A stretch of 64,000 nt of DNA from the human T2T-CHM13v2.0 reference genome, Homo sapiens. Below the pieces are notes generated by a model. The model was given only the letters and a program-made list of their open reading frames with translations. It did no database searches and was not told where the DNA came from. Numbering within the stretch: position 1 is the first letter of the stretch; each line of letters opens with the position of its first letter. Of the stretch, positions 39,467 through 52,684 are shown piece by piece. The DNA lies in NCBI RefSeq assembly GCF_009914755.1, contig NC_060931.1. The stretch is one strand, 5' to 3'. The position numbers were made by a program, and so were the translations under genes.

Positions 39467-40445
39467 CAAAAGAGACTATCAACAGAGTAAACAGGCAACC
39501 CACAGAACGGGAGAAAACATTCACAAACTATGAATCTGTCAAAGGTCTGATATCCTGAATCTATAAGGAACTTGAACAATTCAACAAGCAAAAAACAAAT
39601 ATCCCCATTAAAAGTAGGTAAAAAACATGATCACACACACACCCCTCAAAAGAAGACATACAAGCGACCAACAATCATGAAGTAATGCTGAAGATTGCTA
39701 ATCATTAAATAAATGCAAATCAAACCTACAACGAGATACCATCTCACACTAATTGAAATGGCTGCTATTAAAAAGTCAAAAATAACAGATGCTGATGAGG
39801 CTTCAGAGAAAAGGGAATGTTTGTACACTGCTGGGAATGTAAATTAGTTCAGCCACTGTGGGGGAACCACTTTGGGGATTTCTCAAAGAACTAAAAACAG
39901 AACTACCATTCGACTCAGCAGTCCCATTACTGGGTATGTTATCCAAAGGAAAACAAATCATTCTAGCAAAAAGACACCTGCACTCACATGTTCATCACAG
40001 CACTATCCACAATAGCAAAGACATGGAATCAACCTAGGTGTCCTTCATTGGTGAATTTAGAGAAAATGTGATATATATATACACCATAGAATACTACACA
40101 GTCATAAAAAAGAATGAAATCATTTCCTTTGCAGCAACATGGATGCAGCTGGAGGCCATTATCATAAGTGAATTAACTCAGTAACAGAAAACCAAATATG
40201 ACATGTTCTTACTTCTAAGTGGGAGCTAAACATTGGGTACACATGGACATGAAGGTATAAACAATAAACACTGGGAACTACTAGATGGGGAGAAAAGGAG
40301 GGGGGCCAAGGATTGAAAAACTACTGGGTACTATGCTCACTCCCTGGGTGACAAAGTCATTCATACCTGGAACCTCAGCATCATGCAATATACCCACGGA
40401 GCAAATCCTGAATCAAAAATAAAAGTTGAAGCTATAATGAAATAA
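39467..40445 (+). mobile_element. L1PB/late L1PA 3' fragment
   Basis: ORF2 C-terminal and 3' UTR motifs ending aataaaagttgaa. Candidate TSD aagagtgctagttcag / aacagtgttagttcag. Confidence 0.9.
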
Positions 40446-40524
40446 AGTAGTGCCACTTCAACAGTGTTAGTTCAGTGAATGGATATGCCAGTCTCACCAA
40501 AATACATGTCAAAAAGTGGTTGTT

Positions 40525-41834
40525 ATTTATATTTGCTATGTATATTTATGAGGTATATATGATGTTTTGACATATGTGTGCATCACAGAATGATTAAATT
40601 AAGATAATTAACATATATTTGTCACCATACACACTTATCATTTTTTTTTGTATGTGTGAAAACATTTGAGGTCTACTGTCTTTGCAGTTTTCAAGTACTA
40701 TATACAGCACACTGTTATTAAATATAGTCACAATGCTGTACAATAGATTTCCAGAACTTATTCCTCCTGTCTAACTGAAGTTATGTGTCCTTTGACCAAC
40801 ATCTCCCCTTCCCCACCCCTACCTCTTGCCAGCCCTGGTAACCACCATTCTGCTCTCTACTCCTATGAGTTCAACTTTTTAGATTCCATGTATAATTAAG
40901 ATCATGCAGAACTTTTCCTTCTGTGCTTGGCTCATTTTACCTAATATAATTTCTTCCAAATTTGTTCCTGTTGTTGTAAATGATGGGATTATCATTTTTT
41001 AAGGCTGAATACTATTCCATTATGTATGTGCACGTGTGTATCTGTGTGTGTGTGGATGTGTGTGTGTAATATGTTGTTCATTTATCTGTTGATAGACACA
41101 GATTGATTCTATATCTTGGTTATTGTGAATGATGCTGCAATAAACATGAGAGTGCAGACATCTCTTTGACATACTGATGTAATTTCCTTTAGATGTATAA
41201 GCAGAAGTGAAATTGCTGGATCCTATGGTAGTTCTATTTGTTAAGTTTTTAAGCAACCTCCATACTGTTTTCCATAGTGGCCACAACACTTTACATTCCC
41301 ATCAACGGTATATAAGGGTTACCTTTTCTTCACATCTTCATCAACACTTGGTATCTCTTGCCGTTTTTATAATAATGATTCTAACAGGCATGAGTGAGAT
41401 CTCATTGCAGTTTTGATTTGCATTTACCTGATGATTAGTGATGTTGAACATCTTTCCAGGTACCCATGGCCATTTGTGTCGTCTTTTGAGGAGAGTCTAT
41501 TCAGGTCCTTTGCCCATTTTCTAATCAAGTTCTCGTTTTCTTGTTATTGAGTTGAGTTCCTTATATATTTTGTATATTCACCCCTTATCAGGTGTATGGT
41601 TTGCAGATATTCTCTCCTATACTGCAGGTTGTCTCTTCTCTGTTAATAGTTTCCTTTGCTGTGTAGAAGGTTTTTAGTTTGGTGTAATCTCATTTGTTTA
41701 GTTTTGCTTTAGTTCCTTGTAATTTGGGGATCCTGTCCAAAAAAAATTTGCTAAGACCAATGTCAAGCAGCTTTTCCCCTATTTTTTCTTCTAGTAATTT
41801 TTAGAGTTTTGAGTTAACCATTAAGTCTTTAATG
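40525..41834 (-). mobile_element. L1MA 3' fragment
   Basis: ccagaacttattcctcctgtctaactgaa, gagtgcagacatctcttt. Confidence 0.88.
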
Positions 41835-41904
41835 TGTTAGGGATACTTTTTAGTGTCATGAAAACTGTTACGTAGTCATCAACTTTTGATATCATATTTC
41901 AATA

Positions 41905-42100
41905 AGAGTATGGCTCATGGATCTGCAGCTGGGTAATCTAGCACAAGTAATTAACTTCTCCATGCCTTAGGTTTCTCATATGTGAAATGGAGACAATAAT
42001 AGTACATACCTCATAGGTTTTGTAAAGAGTATTAGCAATATATAAAGTGCTTAGAAGAGTACCTACTCATAGGATGTGTCGTTGCTGTTATTATCATTAT
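41905..42100 (+). mobile_element. MIR
   Basis: aagtaattaacttctccatgccttaggtttctcatatgtgaaatggagacaataatagtacatacctcatagg. Confidence 0.85.
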
Positions 42101-42517
42101 TAAAAACAAGATCCTTTTGGTAAGAACGTTATTTCATAACAGCAGGCATTTCATTATTAATTGACCTTTAAAAATAATTTCTAAATAAACAGTTACTGTT
42201 GTATTTTTTAAACTACCACTACCATTTAACTAAAGTTAAACGATAACTTTAAAATAATGAAAGGTAAACACTTAACATGACAAAAGAGTCATATTTAGTG
42301 TAATGTTTAGCCAAACATTTCAAAATTTAGAATAGGCATCGGATAATTTAAAATGAGGATGGGCTAGAAAATAGGAGCCAAAGAGGATGGAATATTACAC
42401 ATCTAGACCCATTTTTTTTCCCAAAGGCTTACAATGTCTCTGAAACTGCTCCCCAAAAAATGAAAACCAATTCTGTTAACGTTTAAGTATCAAAAAACCA
42501 AAGGATATCAACCATTT

Positions 42518-42522
<5 letters not shown>

Positions 42523-42560
<38 letters not shown>
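42523..42560. repeat. (AC)n microsatellite followed by TA-rich tract
   Basis: Directly visible. Confidence 0.95.
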
Positions 42561-42567
<7 letters not shown>

Positions 42568-43719
42568 CATACATATGCATATATATGATGGATTTTATAT
42601 ATATGGATTTCATGTATTATGTCTACACATAAAATATATGATACATAAAATATATATAGTGTGTGTGTATATATATATAAAATGTATGGATTTCATAGCA
42701 TCATGTGGTTTGCCTTAATTATACACAATAAAATTTATGTTCTAGAACAGGAAATCTTTTGTTACACTGTTGAATACTTACTATTGACTAAAGTCACTGG
42801 ATATTCACAATTTACCAAATTAGTGCAAGGCAACACAACAGATTATACTTTATCCTGCTGTATCAGGTTTCTTAATATCCAGCATTCACTCAAACACGCA
42901 ACTATAAAAAGTTGTGTCTGAACAATTTCTACTTCTCTTATGAACATTAATGTGGTAATGCATGCATAATATCTCTGTAGGTGCAGATAAAATATATAAT
43001 GCTGGTAGTTAAAAATATAATATGTTAGATAAACTTTTATGCAAACGAGGCAAGGGAACTGCAGCCTATTATTTTAAGTAATCGTGGATCTTAAACATTA
43101 TAATAATAGATATTGAGAATCATATGTTGGTGATTCCCATAATGTGAAATGTAAACCTTTACAATATCATGATATGAAGTATCATTAAGTTTAAACATTA
43201 GCTTGCTCTACCTGTGGAAATAAAATTATTTAAATAGCACTATGGTTATTTTACTTATAAAAGTAGACATCTTCATAGATGTAGGTAAAAGTTACAGGCT
43301 ACTTTATAGCTAATGCTCTCTTCTGGGTAAAAGAGAACCATTTATTGAATGAAATAAAATTCAATTTAATCTTAACATAAAACAGAATTGGTATTATACA
43401 CATAGAAATGGCAAGTTTTTATTTATTTTATTATATATACTGTATTAATGTATTTACACTGTAATTTGAAAATATTTAATTATTTTTCTTAAAATTTTAA
43501 GTTAATATTACCAGGTAAATATTTAAATATAAGAAAAAACATGGGCCTGAATCTTTAGAGCTCTAAAGACTATAAATGCCAGCTCTTTCAGTTTTCAATT
43601 TAATTGAAGCCATTGACACTTGCCTCTTAGTCCAATGTCATCCATCAGTCTCACAATGCTTCTGTTTCCAAGCATAAAGAAACAATTTGCTTATTTGGCT
43701 CTATATACATGTATACAAC

Positions 43720-44140
43720 AGGTATTATTTAAACACCTATTATAGGCCGGGCACTGTTCCAGAATCAGGAAATAACATGAATTTCTAAAAATCTAGATTA
43801 TAAACAGCTTAAATTTGAAAAGGGATAGATGTTGTCACAGATAAATGAGTGTGATAACTTTTCCTAAGTGTTTTATTAGATATATGCAGCCACTGAATAT
43901 GGAGTTTTCAATTATATCTGAATTAGTGGCCACAGAGTGAGTGTGAAACTTAAGCCAAATATTGAACAATGACTATGTATTTGCTAAGCAACATATAAAA
44001 GTACAGTGAATAATGAGAATGGTTGGAACATAGGGTTCAAGTAGACCAAGAGAGGATAATTGGAGAATGAAGCGAGGTGTAAGAAGATAAGGTAGAGTTG
44101 GAATCACAGATGGATTTTTAAGCAATGTGAACAAATGTTG
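43720..44140 (-). mobile_element. L2 fragment
   Basis: tatttaaacacctattataggccgggcactgttc. Confidence 0.5.
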
Positions 44141-44783
44141 ATTTACCATTATTTTTTATCTTACAAACTCAAACAATATTCTCCCCCTTCCAGCTGTAGC
44201 AAACTCAGAAGTACATTTGACAGGGAAGATCACTCTGCATCATTCCCCTAAAAAATTCAATCTTTATACACTAATCTCCATCTCTATATCTGTCCATGCC
44301 AATGCAGGCACGCTCATCTCTTATTCAAATTTTTAGAAACGTTCATAGTAGATTCGGACTATCACATCTGGCAGGCATTTGCCTAATTCTCATTTCCTTA
44401 ACTGACTGCCCTGCACTCTTTCTTGAAGCATGGAACTTACCAACTCCCTCAGTCTCAGACAGACCATGAGAAGACCTATTCCATTGCTCCCTACTATCCA
44501 GGTTAACAATAGATTTGCGTTCTATGAACTCTTCTTTTTTTAACCACTCTATAAATCTACTGTTAGAAATAAACTATTTTTATCACATATTTAAAAATCT
44601 CTAAAATATGATTAGTTCTTTATTTTCTTCAAATTTATTTTGACGGATTTATCATTAGAATTTTTAGTTACAAATAATTTCTGAGAGACGTTATCTCTCT
44701 TTATTACCTGCTTCAAAGCATAAAAAGTCAGAAAATCATATTCCCAAAATAAAAGTACAATATTGGTAGTTTGTTTTCAAAAT

Positions 44784-44784
<1 letters not shown>

Positions 44785-44823
<39 letters not shown>

Positions 44824-44824
44824 A
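44785..44824. repeat. (AC)n microsatellite
   Basis: Directly visible. Confidence 0.95.
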
Positions 44825-45479
44825 AAGAAAAAAACTCAAAAACCACAAGTGTCATCAATGAAATGTTTAATGAAAAACAGCTTCATCTAATATTTCGCTC
44901 TGTCCCTTATGGTATATACAGTTAAGAAAAATAAAGTGACCATGTTATTCTCTGGCAAGACATGCTATTAAAGATAGCTGAGGAACCTTCACATATCTTA
45001 TATGAACATATTGCTGATGTCAACAGAGCAATTTAAAGTGACTTGAAATTTAGGCAACTTTTTAAATGTTAGTGTCAGTGCAGTTTCTTTGAAGTTTTCT
45101 TCAGACACCAGCAACTGTTCCATGAGGAAGACCTAGTAATATTTTCATAGATAGCAATGTCCCCATAATGATTTTGATGAAATGTACTGAGGGGTAACGT
45201 CCTATTTTAAAAATTAAACCATTGTTTTCTAAGAATTGCTAATTAATTTATCTGTTAGTGGTTTATCCCTTATAAATATGAGTACTATTATCATCCCAAC
45301 ATATGATTTCCAACTTTCCATGAGTCTTAGAGATCATATATATTCCTTCAATAAGAAGGAACAGGCTGACATAATATTTAAGTCTTGAGTAGAGACAAGG
45401 TATTGGAAGGGAGGAATTGAAGATAACATGGTATTTTATGTCTGAGTAAATGAGAGAAAAAATCTTCATTGGCAGAGAG

Positions 45480-46545
45480 ATTGATTTTCTGTATACATGT
45501 TCTATCAACTACTATGAGAGAGGTGTTGATGTCTCCTATTACATGTGGAAAGATCTATTTCTCCTTTCAGTTCTATCAAATTTTGCTGTATATATTGTGA
45601 AGTTCTGTGATGAGTTCATTTATGTTTCAGGTTTTTATGTTTCTTAGAGAGCTGATCCTTTTATTATTGTATAGTATTTCTTTTCAGTCCTGGTAAATTT
45701 CTCATTCTAGAGTTTACTTTGTCTGAAATTAATGTAACAGTTTTAGTTCTTTTTCTAAAATTTGCTATTTGAATATAATATATGTTTTTATCAGTTTTCT
45801 TTTAACAAATTTATTATGCCTTCGTTTTTAAACCAGGCTAGTTTTGTGGGTAGCCCATAGTTGGGACTTTTTTATCCCATTTGACAGTTTCTGTCTTTTA
45901 ATTGGTTGTTAGACTGTTAATGCTCAATGTTATTATTGATATAGTAATATTAAAATACCACTTCGATAGTTAATTCTTATTTTTTCTGTTTTTCCTCTTT
46001 TCTGCCCATTTTTGGTTAATAAGATTTTTCAAGATTCAATGTATCTATACTATTGACTTATTCATGGCTGTAAATATTTTAAATATTGTTCTAGGGCTTA
46101 TCATGTCTATCTTTAAACAATTAGAATCTTCCTTCAAATAGTATTCCATTTCATGTGTGGAATTAAGTATCTTACAATTGTGTAGATTCACAATGCTTTC
46201 TTTCATCCTTTATGCTGTTTTTTCATCCATTTTATTTTTACATGTGCTATAAAGATATTGCCACTCTTTTGCTTTAAAAAGTCAGTTTCTTTTTGGAACA
46301 ATTAAAATGAAGAGATATAAGTTGCATTTTTACCTTTATTTATTCCATTTTTGTATTTTTGTGTAGATCCCTGTTTCTGTGAAATAATGTAATACATCCG
46401 CCTAAGATCTTCCTTAACATTTATTTCAGTGCATATCTGCTGGTAAAAAAAAAAAAATTCTCTCAGTTTTTGCCTGTTAAAAAAAGAAAGAAAGAAAAAA
46501 GGCAGAGTCTTTATTTCACCTTAAATTTTAAAAGATATTTTAATG
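45480..46545 (-). mobile_element. Old L1M fragment (ORF1/ORF2 junction region)
   Basis: gagagaggtgttgatgtctcc, tctttatttcaccttaaattttaaaagatatttt. Confidence 0.7.
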
Positions 46546-47360
46546 AGTTGCCAATGAACACTCTGATATAGGAATAAGAGTGGCACAAGAGCAGATGTCA
46601 GTTTTCTGCTACATGACAAAAATTCTGGGTAGCAAACAGTACCCATGCTGTATTAGACATCATTCATCCAAGGATTAGGAGGTATTGTCTCTGCAAATTA
46701 AAGTGATGGAGTTAATAAGAATTGGGTAGCTACTTTTAATAACTAGATCTTATGTAAAAGTCAGTCCATATAAACATAAAACCACATCCCTTATATTAAC
46801 AACCTTGGAGCAAAGGGAGCAGTGCAGGCTAGGAGAAATGCAGAATTGACTCCTGTTCTAGGGGGAGTGCTATGGAATGTAGACTGCTTGATTCTGTAAT
46901 GGTTTTATTGAGCTGCAGTTCAACCCATTGGCTTCCACCTCTGCTCAAAAGACACAGCTTTGGAATCTAATAATGATTAAGCCACAGTCCAAAAGTGTCA
47001 ATATGCACTGTCAATTATGTTCACTGGAAAATGAATTTGCCCTGATTTTAAGACTGGGAAAATAGAAAAATAGGCAACTGGTACCACTATTTATTATTCT
47101 ACCAATTCTTCTAAAAAGGAGCATTTTTTTTTTCCTTTTGAGAGACAGGTGTTGACTCATCATTTTCTAGATGTAAAGTTTAAGAAAAATTGGGATAAGG
47201 TTCATTACCTTGTCTTAATCTAATTCAGGGAAAAATGGAAACAAACGTTTAAAGAATTCTGAAATTTAGATTTATCTATTTGCCAAGATCAAATAAAAAT
47301 AAATTACCTTTTATTCCATTGGCAATGTGAATATTTATGTTCTTCCCATGCTTTTAACAG

Positions 47361-47538
47361 ACTTCCTAAATCTGTGATTCTTAGTTTACTTGTGGGTAAT
47401 ATATTTCCAGATTTTAAAAAGCGAGATAATTATTATTTTGCTGCTGAAAGAACATCAGATTACAATGAAACAAAATGCAGTGAAACAGCTAAATTTTTAA
47501 AAAGAAGAAAATGGTCAAGACAACACGAGTGTGTGCAG
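47361..47538 (+). pseudogene. Candidate 178-nt exon, open for 59 codons
   Basis: Acceptor tcttcccatgcttttaacag, donor cag|gtatgt. Translation LPKSVILSLLVGNIFPDFKKRDNYYFAAERTSDYNETKCSETAKFLKRRKWSRQHECVQ; phase 2 to 0. Confidence 0.6.
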
Positions 47539-47576
47539 GTATGTCTGTGATTGTGATGTTTTTAAAAGAAAGGGAA

Positions 47577-47750
47577 GCTGGGTGGGGTGGTGTGTGTGTG
47601 TAGTCCCAGCTACTCTGGAGGCTGAGGCAGGAGAATCAGTTGAATTCAGGCATTGGAGGCTGCAGTGGCCTATGGTATAGAAACTGTATGTCAGCCTGGG
47701 CAACAGAAGGAGGTCTTGTAATGACAACAACAACAATAACAACAACAAAA
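47577..47750 (+). mobile_element. Alu monomer (FRAM/AluJ right arm)
   Basis: tagtcccagctactctggaggctgaggcaggagaatc...cagcctgggcaacag with (CAA)n tail. Confidence 0.85.
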
Positions 47751-47802
47751 CTAATTTTTTTCTCAATAATCTTAAAATCTCTCAATGTACATATTCAAAG
47801 TA

Positions 47803-48229
47803 CAATAGGGCCTCTCTTACCATAGTCCATAGGTTCTTGGAAACTGCAACTTCAATGTGAAACAAGTTTTACCATAGGCTAATGACATAAATAAGAGGTA
47901 AGTTCCTAGGCATATTTCTGGTCACAAAAACATCACTACATTTCTAAACAAAGACCAAAACATAGCACCACTGCACTCCAGCCTGCGTGACAGAGTGAGC
48001 CTCCATCTCAAAACAAACAAACAAACAAACAAAAAACCAAACACTCCTAATGTTCAACATTAAAATAAACTTTAGCTATACATATATTTAAAAAATAACC
48101 ATTTCAAAATTAGGTAATTATTTTCCTGCTTATTCTAGTTCAGGGTGGCAGGTGCTGGAAGCCATCCAGGCAGCTCAGGATGCAAGATGGGCACCAGCCC
48201 TGGACAGGACACCATCCCATTGTAGAGCA

Positions 48230-48283
<54 letters not shown>

Positions 48284-48425
48284 CACACACAGTCACTCAC
48301 ACTGAGACAATCTATACATGCCAATTCACCTAACTTTGGCATGTGGGAGGAAACCAGAGTACTAGGAGCAATGCAGACATAGGGAGAAATGTTTTATCAT
48401 TCATGATATTTTCTATCAGGATGAT
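47803..48425 (-). mobile_element. MER6/MER6A (Tigger-type) DNA transposon relic
   Basis: taggttcttggaaactgcaac, catatttctggtcacaaaaacatcac, cagccctggacaggacaccatcccat, tgtgggaggaaaccagagtac. Confidence 0.85.
47964..48030 (+). mobile_element. Heavily 5'-truncated Alu inserted in MER6
   Basis: gcaccactgcactccagcctgcgtgacagagtgag + (AAAC)n; flanking accaaaaca / accaaaca. Confidence 0.85.
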
Positions 48426-48429
48426 ACTA

Positions 48430-50380
48430 AACATAAAATCAACTGCTACACAAACATTTTGACAGCAGTAATGCAAAATAACATTACATGGGAATAAATA
48501 TAACAAGAAATGTGCATATCCTATGTAAGGAAATTTAAAACATAAAAGTTGGGCTTTAATAAATGAAAAGGCATACTAAGATTGTGTGTAATTATATTCA
48601 ACATCATGAAAACATCAATTCTCCTTAATTTAATGTTTACTTTTTAATGTTATTTTACATACTGTATCTCAAATGACTGGTTCTAATATGCATATGAAAA
48701 AAGAAGCATAAAAGGGAAACACTGAAGGAAAAGAAAAAAGAGTAAACGCGGGGAGACTATTCCTTGAGATACCAAAATATATTATCTGGGATATGAATGG
48801 ACAAGAAAGAAAAATTAATGGAAAGGGAATCCAGTGATCAAGCCACATATAAATAATAATATGCGACATGGTAGTGGCACCTCTCTAATCTTTTGATAAA
48901 AGTCTATTCATTATGCTTTTAAGATCCCAGGGTAATATATCTTTTTATTTTTCTTTCTCTGTCTATCATCTCCACATATTATGCTATACAAAATTTCAAA
49001 AATCTAAAAATTTAAAAATCTAATCTTATTAAATAAATTAAAAAATATATGCCATAAAAGTATGTCAAAATGTGTAAAATTGTAAACCTTGGAGGTAGGA
49101 AGGCTAGTCCAACTGACTCAAGATCTAGAATTAGAAACAAATGAATAGGCTGGGCGGGTGCGGTGGCTCATGCCTATAATCCCATCACTTTGGGAGGCCG
49201 AAATGGGTGGATAACTTGAGCTCCGGAGTTTGAGACCAGCCTGACAAACATGGTGAAACCCCGTTTCTACTAAAAATACAAAATTAGCCAGGTGTGGTGG
49301 TGGGTGCCTGTAATACCAGCTACTTGAGAGACTGAGGCAGGAGAATCACTTTGAATCCAGGAGGCGGAGGTTGCAGTGGGCCAAGATACCATTGCACTCC
49401 AGCTTGGGCAATAAGAGCAAAACTCCATCTCAAAAAAATAAATAATAAATAAAAATATTATCTAAACATAAAATAAATATTTTTGAATGGTTAATTAAAA
49501 ACACACATAAAAAGTCAAATATAAATAACACAGGGAACTAAATATTTGCAATGTATTGGTATAATCTTTCTGCTATATAAAAATAAAACTATCAAAATTT
49601 CAATCAAAAAATGAAGGGTATGAACAAAGTAGGTACAGATCAGAAACTGCAACTGGTTCTTAAATGTATACAAATGTCAAAATTTCTAGCCTCAATAATA
49701 ATAAGAGAAATAAAAATTAAACACAGGCAGATGTATAGAGATATATTTTAACCCTATCATATTAATGATAATTTGAAAGTTTGATTATACTGTGATGTGG
49801 AACCATAAAAAATTAGGTACTATCATGAATCATGATTGGTACAAAACCCTTTAGATGACAACTTGGTAATTTGGCAAAATTACAAATGCAGAGATTCTAG
49901 CAATTTGTTCAAAGGAAAAATAACCATTGGTTTATCCAATGGATATACTTATGCATGTTTAAAACCACATGATCTATGTTATTTATTGTACCATTGCGTA
50001 TGAGAATACAAGAATGGAAGCAAACAATGCAGTCCAAATTGCTGGTTAAATTAATTCTGGTACATTCATATAATGAAATACTATGCTGCAAAAAAATTAT
50101 GAAGCTCTATGTAACATTATATGGAAAAAATCTCTTAATATAATGTTTTTTCTGAGCAAGAGATAATGAGTAGAAGCATACCAATACTACAACTGACATT
50201 TGTGTGTAAAGGAGAAAATAAGAGTTATATATCCATGTTTATTTGGATAGTCATCAAGAAAATTTGGAATTGTTCAGAGAAAAAATAAAACTGAAGTCCC
50301 TGGTTTTGGGATGTGTGAAGAAAATATGTCTATTACTTTTTCAAATATAAATTATATAATTTGTTCTGTATTCAGAAAGT
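48430..50380 (+). mobile_element. Ancient L1ME-like ORF2/3' fragment, interrupted by Alu
   Basis: Degenerate A-rich L1 motifs (tggtacattcatataatgaaatactatgc). Confidence 0.6.
49148..49455 (+). mobile_element. AluS (Sp/Sq-like)
   Basis: Dimeric Alu with gcaataagagcaaaactcc and A-rich tail. Confidence 0.95.
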
Positions 50381-50474
50381 TAAATATATTAATTGAATTT
50401 AGTTATTTTATAGTTCAAGATATTGAATACTAATGAAAACTTCTGATGGTATGGCCTCAAAACAAAGACAAACA

Positions 50475-50610
50475 TTTTTCTTTCACTAGAATGCTAGTTC
50501 CATGAGAAAAGGGATTATCTTTTGCTTACTAATGTATCTAAAGCACCTAGAATATTGCCTGGCACATAATAGAAACTGAATATACATTGAATGAATAAAT
50601 TAATGAATTA
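50475..50610 (+). mobile_element. L2 3' end
   Basis: cactagaatgctagttccatgag...gcacctagaatattgcctggcacata...tgaatgaa. Confidence 0.8.
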
Positions 50611-51183
50611 ACAAAGCATATGTTAAGAACAATGTGGCCTGTATGTATGTTATCTTCTGGTACTAGTTGAATGAAAGAAAGTGGTTCAGTGAGTATTCTC
50701 TCTGACATGAACACACTTTTAGGTTTCCCAATATCCTAATGGATCAATAATAGAAATAGAGTGTTATTTTTCCAGGCTCATACAGTTTAGAGAAACACTG
50801 TTTCAGAAGTGACAAGCAATGATAAAATTTTTACATTTCTAATTTCATGCATTAACTATACAAGAAATGCAAATTTATCTGTGGAAGAAAAGAATAATTG
50901 AAAAAGTAAGAGGAAGGAAAGTTAAAATCGACCTTATCAGGATGGCAGTGAGTCAGTACTAGTTACACAGTCTATGATTTCTGAGTTGACGCTCAAGTAG
51001 GAGAACTCAGATGTCAGTGGCAATTGATGCTACACTGGAATTTTCAACTCTGGAAGCAATCCAAGATTTTTATCTACTATGCTCTTCACATAACTCAGGT
51101 GACCACATCTCTCAGTTTTCTAGGAGAGAAACATTTACATGTTATTCCAAGTAATTACAAATAGCACCCTATTTTACTCTCAG

Positions 51184-51331
51184 AATTGCTCTGGTTTAAA
51201 TGGTAATGTATTTTGTTACTCTTTCTACGTCCATAACTTCAAAGGCCATGACCAATCAGAAGCAATGAATTCTGCAAGTATGCTGCTCCACACATTTTTC
51301 ATTTCTCAGATTTACATTTCTCCAAGCCTTG
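51184..51331 (+). pseudogene. Candidate 148-nt exon relic (TM4/TM5-like)
   Basis: Acceptor cctattttactctcag, donor ttg|gtaaaa. Open frame NCSGLNGNVFCYSFYVHNFKGHDQSEAMNSASMLLHTFFISQIYISPSL starts in phase 0; its end resembles polycystin G..xS..W..S...SF..SIFIxQPLK. Confidence 0.55.
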
Positions 51332-51779
51332 GTAAAATCTAAATATTCAAAAGAAATATATTGAAAAATATTGCTTTCATCTCTCCATTTTCTAATAAAA
51401 AAGAATGCCATGATAAACATACTAACCCTACAATCATAGCTAAAAACAGGAGCCACAGTTCTAGAGCCACTTGGTAGCAGAAGCATAGAGAGCATAGGTA
51501 AAGAGGTTCTGTCTGTTTACAGTTAATTTTTTTTTGTTTTGTTTTCAGCAAGATATTTTCCCTCTCCATCAAGAACGATGTTTCTAATAAGTAAATTTTT
51601 CTTTGTTATTTAAGATTACCAACAGAGATTACCCTAATCCTAGGAAAACAATTTCAGGCCCTGGCAAATAGAAGACCTCTTCTGTCTCATTCAGGTGGAT
51701 AACCTGAACAAGTCTCTTCAAACTCAAAGATAATTCCTTTATTGACCAAAATGTGCTGGGCTGGGCAGTGCTTGTTGAG

Positions 51780-52057
51780 ATATCCTCTTGATGTCCAGTG
51801 CTTGTGTCTTCTTCCACTGATGTATTCCTCTCGACGTCCAGGCAGTTGTGTCTCTGCCTGTTAGTGTCTCGGGGTTTTTACAGGCACTGGATGGAGTCAT
51901 AGTGGGTCAGGGTAGTCTGGGGAAATGCAACATTGGGCAGGAAAACGGAAATGACTGTTTTCACCTAGGTCTGTGGGCACAGACCTGGGGGCGGAGCCCT
52001 AGCCAGGGACCACGCCCTCCCTTTCCCAGCACTTCCCTGCACCCCTCTCCAGTATCA
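51780..52057 (-). mobile_element. ERV1 3' LTR, U3 part only (LTR1/LTR27/LTR28/MER52-like)
   Basis: The minus strand begins tgatactggagagggg directly after the polypurine tract cagaggggggaaa; internal repeat gacacaa..ctggac.tc.agagga. Confidence 0.85.
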
Positions 52058-52104
52058 TTTCCCCCCTCTGAAGTGGTACATGTAACTGCTGTTAGAATAT
52101 GGAC

Positions 52105-52593
<489 letters not shown>

Positions 52594-52684
52594 TTATAAG
52601 GTTAAGTATACATAGGCTAAATATGTGTATTATACAAGAAAAGAATTTAGTGCTAAAAATTAAAAAGATAAGAAGTGAAATATA

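Noticed and set aside
48130-48400. Novel SINE-like or RNA-gene-like GC-richer segment
   Set aside because: It matches the known internal portion of MER6.
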